Shown here piece after piece: positions 19,449 through 29,339 of a stretch of DNA of 64,000 nt. The stretch comes from a bacterium (GTDB lineage Bacteria; Krumholzibacteriota; Krumholzibacteriia; LZORAL124-64-63). The position numbers and the translations under genes are program-made. The number at the start of each line of letters is the position of its first letter. Positions within the stretch are counted from its first letter, which is position 1. Below the pieces are notes generated by a model that had not been told where the DNA came from, searched no databases, and saw only the letters and a list, made by a program, of their open reading frames with translations. Location of the stretch: assembly GCA_016719645.1 (NCBI GenBank), contig JADJYS010000001.1, positions 134,558 through 198,557 of the forward strand, in the 5' to 3' direction.

Positions 19449-20942
19449 ATGTTCCAGCAGCGACACCTGTTCCTCGCCTGCGCCGCCCTCGCCGCCGCCG
19501 TGGCCTTCGGCAGCGGTTGCGGCGAGGACGACGGCGGCTCGACCGCCGCGCCCCCGACCTCCGGCACCGTGGTCGTCACGCCCGGGCCGGCGACCCTGGA
19601 CATCTCCTGGACCCTGCGCGGCCCCGGCGGCTTCAACGAAAGCGGTTCGGGCGCCCGCACGTTCGCCTCGCAGTCGCTGGGCAACTACACGCTGACCTGG
19701 ACGCCGGTCGCCGGCTGGGTCCGCCCGTCGCCGTCGACGGTCACCCAGAAGCTCGAGGCCGGCGGCCGCGTGGAGTTCACCGGCCAGTACCGCGAGAACC
19801 TGCCGAGCACGGTCGCCATCGACGTCGAGCCCGACGACGCCGGCACGACCTGGGTCCTGAACGGACCCGACGGCTTCCGGCACCCCGGCTCCGGCGACCA
19901 GACGCTGGACGGGCTCGATTCGGGCGTCTACACGCTGACCTGGGGCGATCGCAGCGGCTACTGGCTGCCCGTCGCCAACCCCCAGACCAGCGAGGTCTTC
20001 GGCGGCACCACGACCTTCACGGGCGCCTACCGGCAGGACCTGCCGGCGCCCGCGGGTTTCCGCTTCGTCCCCGACGGGGTGTTCACCATGGGCAGCCCCG
20101 AGGACGAATGGGGCCGCCGGGACGACGAGACCGAGCACCAGGTGCTGCTGACCGGGGGCATCTTCGTCGCCAGGAGCGAAGTGACGCGCTCGGCGTACCT
20201 GACGCAGCTGAACTGGGCCTACCACCAAGGCCACTGCGGGATCGAGGCCGTGGTCGATGACGACGTCGTGGTCTACCTCGTCCGCGACAACCTCGACGGT
20301 TCCTCGACCGAGCTGCTCACCCTCAGCGCCACCTCGCTGGTCTTCGCCGCCGACGCCGACTCCTTCCAGCTCCCGCCCGGGGACGTCGCGAACTACCCCA
20401 TCGGCGGCGTGAACTGGTACGGCGCGGCCGCCTACTGCGACTGGCGCAACCTGCGCCAGGGGCTGCCCCGCGCCTACGACCACGCCACCTGGACGCTCGC
20501 CGCCGGCAGCCATCTCGCCACCGCGGGCTACCGCCTGCCCACCGAGGCCGAGTGGGAGTACCTCTGCCGCGCGGGCTCGACCACGGCCTTCACCAACGGG
20601 CCGCTGCTGAACCCGGAATGCGTCGACCCGAACCTCGACCTGGTCGGCTGGAACTGCATGCCGGTGGTCATGCGCGTGGAGCAGAAGCTGCCCAGCGCCT
20701 GGGGCCTCTACGACATGCACGGCAACCTGGCCGAATGGTGCCAGGACGTGTCGGCGCCCTACGCCGACGGGGACGCGATCGACCCCCTGTTCGTGGGCGC
20801 CGGGACGCAGCGGGTCGTCCGCGGCGGCGGCTACGCGAGCTCGGTCCACGAGTGCCGCAGCGCCCGCCGCAGCGCCCTGGTCCCCGCCGCGGGGGTCGTC
20901 GGCGTCGGCCTGCGGCCGGTGCGCAACGCGACCGCCGGCTGA
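19449..20942 (+). CDS. lipoprotein with tandem N-terminal repeat domains and C-terminal formylglycine-generating-enzyme (FGE/SUMF1) family domain
   Basis: Lipobox AFGSGC. Two about 90-aa repeats (TLTWTPVAGW... / TLTWGDRSGYW...). FGE-sulfatase signatures (FRFVPDGVFTMGSP, NWYGAAAYC, RVVRGGGYAS). Confidence 0.8.
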   Translation: MFQQRHLFLACAALAAAVAFGSGCGEDDGGSTAAPPTSGTVVVTPGPATLDISWTLRGPGGFNESGSGARTFASQSLGNYTLTWTPVAGWVRPSPSTVTQKLEAGGRVEFTGQYRENLPSTVAIDVEPDDAGTTWVLNGPDGFRHPGSGDQTLDGLDSGVYTLTWGDRSGYWLPVANPQTSEVFGGTTTFTGAYRQDLPAPAGFRFVPDGVFTMGSPEDEWGRRDDETEHQVLLTGGIFVARSEVTRSAYLTQLNWAYHQGHCGIEAVVDDDVVVYLVRDNLDGSSTELLTLSATSLVFAADADSFQLPPGDVANYPIGGVNWYGAAAYCDWRNLRQGLPRAYDHATWTLAAGSHLATAGYRLPTEAEWEYLCRAGSTTAFTNGPLLNPECVDPNLDLVGWNCMPVVMRVEQKLPSAWGLYDMHGNLAEWCQDVSAPYADGDAIDPLFVGAGTQRVVRGGGYASSVHECRSARRSALVPAAGVVGVGLRPVRNATAG

Positions 20943-20968
20943 CCCGACGTCGATCTGACGAACGACGA

Positions 20969-20992
20969 GGGGCTCCGCCCGTGCGGAGCCCC
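20969..20992. terminator. bidirectional intrinsic terminator hairpin between convergent FGE-family gene and etfA
   Basis: Perfect 10-bp stem ggggctccgc/gcggagcccc with 4-nt loop, followed by ttcccgtt. Confidence 0.5.
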
Positions 20993-21033
20993 TTCCCGTT
21001 GCGGCCTGCGGCCGCGCCGTCGGCGGCCCGGGA

Positions 21034-21999
21034 TCAGTCGAGGGCCGCGATCGCGTCGCGCAGCGCGGGCACGACCTCGAAGAGGTCGGCCGCGATGCCG
21101 TAGTCGGCGGCCTTGAAGATCGGGGCGTTGGGATCCTTGTTGATCGCCACGATGCACTTCGACGAGCTCATGCCCGCGAGGTGCTGGATCGCGCCGCTGA
21201 TGCCCACCGCCACGTAGAGCTTCGGGCTGACCGTCTTGCCGGTCTGCCCGACCTGGTGGGAGTGGGGCACCCAGCCGGCGTCGACGATGGCGCGGCTGGC
21301 GCCCGCCGCGGCGCCCATGGCCGCCGCCAGCGTCTCGATCAGCTGGTAGTTGGCGGCTTCCTTGAGGCCGCGGCCGCCGGAGACGATGACCTCGGCCTCG
21401 GTCAGCTCGATCTTCTTCTCCGCCGACGTGAGCGTCTCGACGACCGCGGCGTGGGGCGCGAAGCCGCCCAGGCCGGGGTCGAAGCTCTCGGCCGGCGCGT
21501 CCGCGCCGCCGCCCGCGAAGAGGGGGAAGGCGTTCGGCCGCACGCCGGCCACCGCGACCGGGGCCTCGACCGCCACCTCGGCGTAGCACTTGCCGGCGAA
21601 GATCGGGCGGCGCAGCCGGAACCCGCCGTCGAAGTCCAGGCCCACGCAGTCGCTCACGCAGGCCGCGTCCAGCCGCGCCGCCAGGCGGGGCGCGAAATCC
21701 TTGCCCGTCGCCGTCGCGCCCACCAGGAGCAGGTCGGGGCGGCGGGCCGCGACGAAGGCGGCCAGGGCGCGGGTCCAGGTCTCGGCGTCGTAGCGGGCGA
21801 AGGCGTCGCCGGAGGCGGTGAAGACGCGGTGGGCGCCGTGGCGGCCGGCCTCGGCGGCGCCAGCGGCGTCCCCCAGCACGACGGCCCAGACCTCGCCGCC
21901 CGTCCGGTCGACGAGGCGGCGCGCCTCGGCCGTCATCTGCCAGGCGACCTTCTTGGCGGTTCCCCCGCTCTGCTCGATGTACACGGCGATGTTCGGCAT
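21034..21999 (-). CDS. etfA: electron transfer flavoprotein alpha subunit
   Basis: ETF alpha FAD-binding C-terminal domain motifs ([12 protein letters not shown]). Confidence 0.9.
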   Translation of the reverse strand: MPNIAVYIEQSGGTAKKVAWQMTAEARRLVDRTGGEVWAVVLGDAAGAAEAGRHGAHRVFTASGDAFARYDAETWTRALAAFVAARRPDLLLVGATATGKDFAPRLAARLDAACVSDCVGLDFDGGFRLRRPIFAGKCYAEVAVEAPVAVAGVRPNAFPLFAGGGADAPAESFDPGLGGFAPHAAVVETLTSAEKKIELTEAEVIVSGGRGLKEAANYQLIETLAAAMGAAAGASRAIVDAGWVPHSHQVGQTGKTVSPKLYVAVGISGAIQHLAGMSSSKCIVAINKDPNAPIFKAADYGIAADLFEVVPALRDAIAALD

Positions 22000-22012
22000 G
22001 TCGGGTCTCCCG

Positions 22013-22795
22013 TCAGATGACCTTGGCTTCGTCGCGCAGCAGGCGCGCCAGTTCCCGGGCGGCGGCGGCGGGATCGTCGGCGGCGACCATCCGGCACGCG
22101 GCGCGCGGCGGGGGCGGGGAGTACGTCGTGACCCGGGTGCGGGCCGCGGGGATCTCGAGGCCCAGGTCGGCGCAGGTCAGGGTCTCCTGCGGCTTCATCC
22201 CGGCCTTCATGATGTTCGGCAGGCTCGGCAGGCGCGGCTCGTTCAGGCCCTTCTGGCAGGTGACCACCGCGGGCAGCGAGCCCCGCACGACCGCGGCGCC
22301 GCCCTCGATCTCGCAGGTGGCGGTGAAGACGCCCTCGCCCAGCTCCAGCTTCGTCACCACGGTCGCCTGCGAGCAGTCGAGCAGCTCGGCGAGCATCGGC
22401 CCCACCTGGGCGCTGTCGTCGTCGATGGCCTGCTTGCCGGTCAGGATCAGGTCGTAGGCGCCGCGCCGCAGCACCGCGGCGAGCACCTTCGCCGTCTGCA
22501 GCGGCTCGGCGTTCTCCAGCGCGGGCTCGTTGACCCGGATCGCGCGGTCGCAGCCCACCGCGAGGCAGTCCTTCTTCAGCGTCTCCACGGCGCGATCAGA
22601 GCCGATCGTCACGGCGGTGATCTCGCAATCGGCGCCCAGGCGCTCCTTGATGCGCACCGCTTCCTCGACCGCGAAGGCGTCGTAGGGGTTCAGCACGCGG
22701 GTGAAGCCGGAGCGGTCGAGCTCCGGGCCCGGCGCGGCCAGGGTGATCCTGGTTTCGGAGTCGGGGACCTGCTTCACGCAGACGGCGATCTTCAT
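22013..22795 (-). CDS. etfB: electron transfer flavoprotein beta subunit
   Basis: MKIAVCVKQVPD... ETF beta family. Confidence 0.9.
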   Translation of the reverse strand: MKIAVCVKQVPDSETRITLAAPGPELDRSGFTRVLNPYDAFAVEEAVRIKERLGADCEITAVTIGSDRAVETLKKDCLAVGCDRAIRVNEPALENAEPLQTAKVLAAVLRRGAYDLILTGKQAIDDDSAQVGPMLAELLDCSQATVVTKLELGEGVFTATCEIEGGAAVVRGSLPAVVTCQKGLNEPRLPSLPNIMKAGMKPQETLTCADLGLEIPAARTRVTTYSPPPPRAACRMVAADDPAAAARELARLLRDEAKVI

Positions 22796-22889
22796 GGGGC
22801 CTCCAGGCTCTCGTGCATCGTCGGCCGCCGTTCGCGGCGACGGGCCCGCAGGGCGGGCCCGGGAATGATAGGCAGCGGTCGCGGAGGCG

Positions 22890-24232
22890 TCAAACCCCCG
22901 GTGCCCGGGGCGGCCGGCCCTCCAGGACGCGGCCGCCGGCCTGGTCGGCCCGCTTCAGCAGCAGCGCGAAGACGAACCCCACGACGCCCAGGCCCGCGAA
23001 CATCAGCATGCTGGCGCTGTAGCCGTGCGTGGCGTCGCGCAGCCTCCCGTTCAGGAAGGGGAAGAGCGCCAGGCCGATGTTCTGGATCGCGGTGCAGAGC
23101 CCGAAGGCGGTGCCCGTGTGCTCGGCCTTGACCACCAGCGGGATCGCCGGCCACATGGCCGCCGGCACCAGCACGAAGGCGGCGCCCAGCACCATCATCG
23201 GCAGCACCGGGTAGATGTCGGTCAGCCCGAGCAGCAGGTAGGCCGGGATCATCAGGATCGAGCCCACCAGCATCATCGTGGCCCGCGCCCCACGCGGTCG
23301 ACCAGCAGGCCGGCGAAGGGCGCGCAGATCATCGAGGCGAAGATGATGATCGAGGACAGCCCGCCCGCGGTCTGGAACATGTGCAGGAAGCTGCCGAAGA
23401 CGTTGGCCAGGAACCCCCCGGTCGACTCGGCCACCCGCTGCACGCCCCACTTGTCGACGAAGAAGTCGGTGCTCAGGGCGGTGAAGGGGAACACCGCGGA
23501 GTAGAAGGTCAGGCAGAGCAGCGTCACGTACCAGAAGCTGGGGCTGAGCTTCAGGATGTCCGCGAGCCTGATCTTGTCCTCGGCGCCGGTCTCCTGGAGG
23601 TCGGGCAGGTAGCGCTCGCCGCGGCGGTCCAGGATCACGTACACGATGTTGCCCAGCAGCGAGACGCAGCAGAAGATCGCCGCCGCGACCAGGCCGGCCC
23701 GGTAGCCGCCGAAGGTCTGGGCGATCAGCTCGCCGGTGTTGAAGGCGAAGAGCGTGCCCAGGCGCGAGACCGTCAGCGAGATGCCGAAGGCCAGGGCGAT
23801 CTCCTTGTTGCGGAACCAGCGGGCGAGGATGGCGCTCTGCGCCACGACCAGCGGCTCGGCGCCGGCCCCGAAGATGAAGCGGCCGACGAAGACCATCGGG
23901 ATCGACTTGGCCGAGGCCACCACCAGCGCGCCGCACAGCACCAGGACCGAGAAGATCATGCTCGAGCGGCGCGTGCCCAGCCGGTCGATCAGGAAGCCGC
24001 TGCCGAACACCGCCAGGATCGCCGCCACGCTGTAGGCGGTGTAGAAGCCGCCGATGGTGCTGCGCGAGGCGCCCAGGTCCTGCACCAGCGAAGGCGCCAG
24101 GGCGCCGATGATGTCGTAGGCGAAGTAGCTGCCGAAGGTCAGCAGGCTGGCGAAGGCCAGCACGAGCAGGCGGTACGGCCGACCGGCGGGATGGAAGCGT
24201 CCTGGACCCTCCGCGGGCCTGAAGTCGAGCAT
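22890..24232 (-). CDS. MFS transporter, interrupted by an apparent 1-nt frameshift near 23275-23300
   Basis: N-terminal 6-TM half lies in ORF 23273..24232 and C-terminal half in ORF 22890..23936. Shifting frame in gggcgcgggcc restores FAGLLVDRVGRR-ATMMLVGS, a typical MFS loop. Confidence 0.75.
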
Positions 24233-24249
24233 GGCGTCTCTCCTGACGT

Positions 24250-24278
24250 GAGCGGTCCGCCGCCGTGGCGGACCGCTC
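24250..24278. repeat. perfect 12-bp inverted repeat (gagcggtccgcc N5 ggcggaccgctc) in the MFS/lpdA divergent intergenic region
   Basis: Read directly from sequence. Sits about 18 nt upstream of the MFS start codon on the minus strand. Confidence 0.4.
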
Positions 24279-24428
24279 CCATCAGAACCCGCGCGGGCGG
24301 ATCCGTCAACGACGGAGAGCGCCCGGCGCCCTCCCGGGTCGCGGCTGGCATTCCCGCCGGCCGGCTCCTATGATGGTCGCGGCGCGGCCCGCGGGCCCCG
24401 CCGCGGACGACCTTCCCGGGAGAGGACC

Positions 24429-25841
24429 ATGAACGAACGAACCTGCGACCTCGTCGTGATCGGCGCCGGGCCGGGCGGCTACGTGGCCGCCGCGCGCGGC
24501 GCCCGGCTCGGGCTGCGCACCGTCCTGGTGGAGAAGGACGAGCGCCTCGGCGGCACCTGCCTGCTGCGCGGCTGCATCCCCACCAAGGCCCTGCTGCAGT
24601 CGGCGCGCACCTGGGAGCTGTGCCGCAAGGGAGCCAAGACCTTCGGCGTGGACGTGCCCGCCGCCGCCTTCGACTGGGGCCGGATCCAGAAGCGCAAGGA
24701 GGCGGTCGTGCGCAAGGGCGCGCTCGGCGTCGCCGCGCTGCTGGACGGGGCCGGGGTCGAGGTCGTGCGCGGCCGCGGGCGCCTCGACGGACCCGGACGC
24801 GTCATCGTGGAGCGGCCCGGCGAACCCGCGTCCTGCCTGCTGGCGCCGAAGATCATCGTCGCCACCGGCTCGGCGGCGAGCGCCGTGCCCGGCGTGCAGC
24901 CCGACGGCGAGCGGATCCTGACCAGCGACCACCTGCTCGAGATCCCGGCCGTGCCGCCGTCGCTGATCGTGCTGGGCGCCGGCGCGGTCGGCGTCGAGTT
25001 CGCCGACGTCGCGGCCGCCTTCGGCGCCGAGGTGACGCTGGTGGAGATGCTGCCCCGGGTCCTGCCCCTGGAGGACGCGGACTGCTCCCGCGAGATCGAG
25101 CAGGCGCTGGCCCGCCGCAAGATCGGCGTGTTCTGCGGCCACCGCGCGGTGCGGGTCGCGCGCGCGGGGGACCTGGTGGAGGTCGAACTGAAGGACCTCG
25201 CGACCGGCGCCGCGGTGACGCGCTCGGCGACGCACCTGCTGCTGGCGGTGGGCCGCCGCCCGGTCACCGAGGGCCTCGGCCTGGCCGAGGCCGGCGCCGT
25301 CGTCGACCGGCGCGGCTTCGTGCAGACCGACGCCTTCCAGCAGACCGCGGCCCCCGGCGTCTACGCCATCGGCGACATCACCTTGGCGCCCCAGCTGGCC
25401 CACACCGCCAGCGCCCAGGCCCTGGTCGCCGCCGGCCACGCCGCCGGCCGCGCGGTGACGCCCGTCGATCTCGACCTGATCCCCTCCTGCACCTACTGCT
25501 CGCCCGAGGTCGCCTCCGTCGGCCTGACGGAGGAGGAGGCGCGGGCCCGGGGACACGAGGTCCGCGTGGGGCGCTTCCCGATGGCCGCCCTCGGCAAAGC
25601 CTCGATCCTCAACGAGCTGCACGGTTTCGTGAAGGTGGTGGCCGAGGAGGCCGGCGACCGGGTCCTCGGCGTGCACATGGTCGGCCCCCATGCCACGGAC
25701 CTGATCGCCGCCGCCGTCACCGCCCTGAGCTTCGGCGGCGGGCTGGCGACCTGGAGCCGGGTCGTGCACCCGCATCCCACCCTCAGCGAAGGCCTCCAGG
25801 AGGCGCTGCTGGACGTGCAGGGGATGTCGGCCCACGGTTGA
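24429..25841 (+). CDS. lpdA: dihydrolipoyl dehydrogenase
   Basis: GAGPGGY FAD motif, redox-active CLLRGCIPTK disulfide, C-terminal HPHPTLSE dimerisation motif. Confidence 0.9.
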   Translation: MNERTCDLVVIGAGPGGYVAAARGARLGLRTVLVEKDERLGGTCLLRGCIPTKALLQSARTWELCRKGAKTFGVDVPAAAFDWGRIQKRKEAVVRKGALGVAALLDGAGVEVVRGRGRLDGPGRVIVERPGEPASCLLAPKIIVATGSAASAVPGVQPDGERILTSDHLLEIPAVPPSLIVLGAGAVGVEFADVAAAFGAEVTLVEMLPRVLPLEDADCSREIEQALARRKIGVFCGHRAVRVARAGDLVEVELKDLATGAAVTRSATHLLLAVGRRPVTEGLGLAEAGAVVDRRGFVQTDAFQQTAAPGVYAIGDITLAPQLAHTASAQALVAAGHAAGRAVTPVDLDLIPSCTYCSPEVASVGLTEEEARARGHEVRVGRFPMAALGKASILNELHGFVKVVAEEAGDRVLGVHMVGPHATDLIAAAVTALSFGGGLATWSRVVHPHPTLSEGLQEALLDVQGMSAHG

Positions 25842-25988
25842 GGGCGAACGGTCTGGCGGCTCCAGCGGAACCGGCTGGGGTCGCAGAACGGTGCGGACAC
25901 CTCGGCGTTTTCTCGTTGCGGATCGCTGGATCCTCTTATATATTCCTGTATCGTTATTTAGCGATTCTATCCCGGGCAAGGGGAAGCG

Positions 25989-27035
25989 GTGGCGACCCAG
26001 TTCCAGCATCCGGCCGCCTTCTATCAGGCCGTCGGCGATCCGACGCGGCTGCGGCTGCTGCGGCTGCTCGGGCGGGGCGAACTGACGGTCCAGGACATGG
26101 TGCAGATCCTGGGCTTGAGCCAGCCCGGCGTGTCGAAGCACCTGGCCGTCCTGCGCGAAGCCGGCTGGTTGAGCCACCGCAAGGACGGCACCTGGGGCTG
26201 GTACGGTCTGGCCGACCGCTCCGCCCTGGGCGACGACGAGGGGCTGCGGGACGCCGTGCTCGCCTCGGCGGCGCGCGTGCCCGAGGCCGCCGGCGACGAC
26301 GAGGCGCTGCGGCGGGTGCTGGCCGACCGCGACCGCCGCACCGGGGAGTTCTTCGCGGGGATCGCCGGCGCCTGGGACCAGATCCGCCCCGCCTTCGAGG
26401 CGCCCGACATCCAGGCCGGCGCCGTGGCGGCGCTGGTGCCGCCCGGGTTGGCGGTCCTGGACATCGGCACCGGCACCGGCGCGATGCTGCCGCTGCTCGC
26501 GGGCGCGGGCGCGACGGTCACCGCCGTGGACACCAGCGAGGCGATGCTCGAGCGGGCCCGCCTGCTCTGCGGCCGCGAGGGGATCGCCGGCGTCGAGTTC
26601 CGCCGCGCCGACATCCAGGACCTGCCCTTCGCCGACGGATCGTTCGACGCCGCGTACTGCTCGATGGTGCTGCACCACGTCGCGCGCCCCGAGCGGGCCG
26701 TGAGCGAGATGGCCCGCGTCGTGCGCGGCGGCGGCAAGGTCGTGATCGCGGCCTTCACGCGCCACAACCTGCAGTGGATGCGCGAGGAACTGGCCCACCA
26801 GTGGCTCGGCTTCTCCCGCGAAGAGGTGCAGTCCCTCTTCGCGCGCCACGGCCTGGTCCCGCGCCGCTACCTCGTGCGCCGGCCGGCGCAGATCGACCTG
26901 GCGCGGGTCTCCCTGCCGCCCGGCCTGCAGGACCGCGGCGCGGTCTGGCCCGACGTGTTCCTGGCCGTGGGGGAGAAGCCCCCCGCCGCGGCCGCCCCAT
27001 CCGTGACCGACGACGCGGGCTCCGACCCGCGCTGA
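25989..27035 (+). CDS. sahR: ArsR-family HTH regulator fused to SAM-dependent methyltransferase-like domain (SahR-like)
   Basis: N-terminal ArsR wHTH (DPTRLRLLRLL...VQDM...GLSQPGVSKHL). C-terminal class I MTase fold (LDIGTGTG, methyltransf_11). Located immediately upstream of ahcY. GTG start. Confidence 0.75.
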   Translation: MATQFQHPAAFYQAVGDPTRLRLLRLLGRGELTVQDMVQILGLSQPGVSKHLAVLREAGWLSHRKDGTWGWYGLADRSALGDDEGLRDAVLASAARVPEAAGDDEALRRVLADRDRRTGEFFAGIAGAWDQIRPAFEAPDIQAGAVAALVPPGLAVLDIGTGTGAMLPLLAGAGATVTAVDTSEAMLERARLLCGREGIAGVEFRRADIQDLPFADGSFDAAYCSMVLHHVARPERAVSEMARVVRGGGKVVIAAFTRHNLQWMREELAHQWLGFSREEVQSLFARHGLVPRRYLVRRPAQIDLARVSLPPGLQDRGAVWPDVFLAVGEKPPAAAAPSVTDDAGSDPR

Positions 27036-27055
27036 CCCGCAAGAGGAGGACGAAG

Positions 27056-28333
27056 ATGACGAGCAAGCACGCAGACGCGGCCCGCAGCAAGGTGGCCGAC
27101 CCCGGCCTGGCCGAGCGCGGGCGCAGCAAGATCGACTGGGCCGAGAGCCGGATGCCGGTGCTGATGGCCCTGCGCGAAGAGCACTCCCGGCTGCAGTCCC
27201 TCAAGGGCATGCGCATCGCCGGCTGCCTGCACGTGACCAAGGAGACGGCCGTCCTGATCGAGACGCTGAGCGCCGCCGGCGCCGAGATCTCGTGGAGCGG
27301 CTGCAACCCCCTGTCCACGCAGGACGACGTGGCCGCCGCGCTGGCCGCCGCCGGCGTCTCGATCTACGCCTGGCACGGGATGAACGTCGAGGAGTTCTAC
27401 TGGTGCATCGACCGCACCCTCGACTTCAAGCCCACCCTCACGCTCGACGACGGCGCCGACCTCATCTTCTCGGTCCACAACCGCCACCCGAACCTGATCG
27501 CGGGCATCGTCGGCGGCACCGAGGAGACCACCACCGGCATCCACCGCCTGCGCGCGATGGCCGCCGACGGCGCGCTGAAGTACCCGGTCGTGGCGGTCAA
27601 CGACGCCGAGACCAAGTGGGACTTCGACAACGTCTACGGCACCGGCCAGTCCAGCCTCGACGGCATCATCCGCGCGACCAGCGTGCTGCTGGCCGGCAAG
27701 AACTTCGTGGTCGCCGGCTACGGCCACTGCGGCAAGGGCTGCGCGATGCGCGCGGCCGGCTTCGGCGCCAGCGTGATCGCCACGGAGATCAAGGCCACCG
27801 CCGCCCTGAAGGCGACCCTCGACGGCCACCGGGTCATGACCATGGACGAGGCGGCCGCCGTCGGCGACATCTTCATCACCGCGACCGGCATGAAGGACGT
27901 CATCGTCAAGCGGCACTTCGAGGTCATGCGCGACGGCGCCATCGTCTGCAACACCGGCCACTACGACTGCGAGATCAACATCGACGACCTCGCCGCGCTG
28001 TCGACCGGCAAGCGCGAGATCCGCGCCAACTGCGAGGAGTACACCCTGCGCGACGGCCGCCGCATCTACCTGCTGGCCCAGGGCCGCCTGGTCAACCTGG
28101 CCGCCGCCGAGGGCCACCCCAGCGAGGTCATGGACATGTCGTTCGCCAACCAGTTCCTGAGCATGGTCCGGCTGGCGCGCGAGGGCCGCGACCTCGCCGC
28201 CGACGTCCACGACATCCCCGAGACGCAGGACCAGTACATCGCCGGCATCAAGCTGCGCACCATGGGCATGTCTCTGGACAAGCTCACCGAGGAGCAGATC
28301 CGCTACGCCGACGACTACTCTGCGGGCACCTGA
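27056..28333 (+). CDS. ahcY: adenosylhomocysteinase
   Basis: Complete SAHH family match (HMTKETAVLIETL, NAD-binding GYGHCGKG, C-terminal YADDYS-like tail). Confidence 0.92.
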   Translation: MTSKHADAARSKVADPGLAERGRSKIDWAESRMPVLMALREEHSRLQSLKGMRIAGCLHVTKETAVLIETLSAAGAEISWSGCNPLSTQDDVAAALAAAGVSIYAWHGMNVEEFYWCIDRTLDFKPTLTLDDGADLIFSVHNRHPNLIAGIVGGTEETTTGIHRLRAMAADGALKYPVVAVNDAETKWDFDNVYGTGQSSLDGIIRATSVLLAGKNFVVAGYGHCGKGCAMRAAGFGASVIATEIKATAALKATLDGHRVMTMDEAAAVGDIFITATGMKDVIVKRHFEVMRDGAIVCNTGHYDCEINIDDLAALSTGKREIRANCEEYTLRDGRRIYLLAQGRLVNLAAAEGHPSEVMDMSFANQFLSMVRLAREGRDLAADVHDIPETQDQYIAGIKLRTMGMSLDKLTEEQIRYADDYSAGT

Positions 28334-28360
28334 GCCCGGGCCGCGGCGACCGTGCAAAAA

Positions 28361-28384
28361 GGCCGGCCCCCCGAGGGGCCGGCC
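28361..28384. terminator. bidirectional intrinsic terminator between convergent ahcY and OMP gene
   Basis: aaaaa-ggccggcccc-ccga-ggggccggcc-ttcg, a perfect 10-bp GC stem flanked by an A-run and a T-containing tract. Confidence 0.55.
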
Positions 28385-28410
28385 TTCGCGTTGCGGGAGC
28401 GGGGCGCGGG

Positions 28411-29208
28411 TCAGATCCCGATCACCAGCCCCAGCGAGAGGTTCCAGAAGTGGGTGTTCGTCCAGTAGTAGCTGTCGTTGAAGGGCGACTGCAGGCCCTC
28501 CCACTTGATCTCGTCGCCGGTCAGCACGTAGCCCCAGAGCAGCTGCAGGTCGAGGTTCGCCCGCGAGTTCAACCGGTACTCGGTGCCGAGGCCGGCGCCG
28601 AAGCCGAAATCCTGCCCCTCGATGGCCTGGTCCTGGTAGGTCACGACGTCGCTGCCGCGCCCGTCCTCGTGCAGGGCCCAGTCGAAGTAGAGGAAGCTGG
28701 TCCGCATGTACGGGTTGAAGCGCGACCCGGGCGTCAGCTTGTTGCCCAGGTAGGCGGTGATGTTCAGGAAGCCGCCGTCGAGCCGCAGGTAGTTGTCCGG
28801 CGAGATGGGGTCGCCGTCGACGAACCGGTCGTTGATCGCGTCCATCTCGCCCGGCTTGCTGTCGCTCAACCCGAACCCTCCGCGCATGCCGCCGACCGAG
28901 ACGGCCAGCCCGTCCAGGACGTACACCCGCAGGTCGCCCATGACGCCCGTCCCCGCCGTCGTCAGGTCGTTGATGTCGGCGACCTTCTCCTTGAGGATGT
29001 GCAGGGGGAGCAGGTGGACGAAGGACGCCGAGGCGGCCAGCAACGAGGGATGCCGCAGCCTGGCGGCGGCCGGGACCTGCACGCTGTCGGCTCCGGCCGC
29101 GGCGGCGGCCTGGTCCTGGGCGAAACAGGCGAGGGGCGCCAAGCCCAGGAGCAACACCGACAGGGCCACGCCGACCAGGGGCCGGGACGGGCTCGGGAGC
29201 GAACGCAT
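28411..29208 (-). CDS. outer-membrane beta-barrel protein (porin/OmpA-like barrel, hypothetical)
   Basis: Signal peptide MRSLPSPSRPLVGVALSVLLLGLAPLACFAQ. Alternating hydrophobic beta-strand pattern with Y/F/W-rich C-terminal strand. Confidence 0.6.
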   Translation of the reverse strand: MRSLPSPSRPLVGVALSVLLLGLAPLACFAQDQAAAAAGADSVQVPAAARLRHPSLLAASASFVHLLPLHILKEKVADINDLTTAGTGVMGDLRVYVLDGLAVSVGGMRGGFGLSDSKPGEMDAINDRFVDGDPISPDNYLRLDGGFLNITAYLGNKLTPGSRFNPYMRTSFLYFDWALHEDGRGSDVVTYQDQAIEGQDFGFGAGLGTEYRLNSRANLDLQLLWGYVLTGDEIKWEGLQSPFNDSYYWTNTHFWNLSLGLVIGI

Positions 29209-29339
29209 GCTTGCGCTCCTTTCGGGGCGGTGGGGGCTGTCGCTGCGCATGGAAGATACTGCTTCCCCCGTGATGTCCAGGTTGTGCCAGCGAGATTGTG
29301 TCCCGGTCCGAAAGAAGCCGGTTTCGTCGCGTGCACTTG

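Noticed and set aside
24620-28333. 1237-aa ORF ending at the ahcY stop
   Set aside because: Same frame as ahcY, but only open upstream by chance. Real ahcY starts at ATG 27056 with an RBS. The upstream part overlaps lpdA and sahR in the wrong frame.
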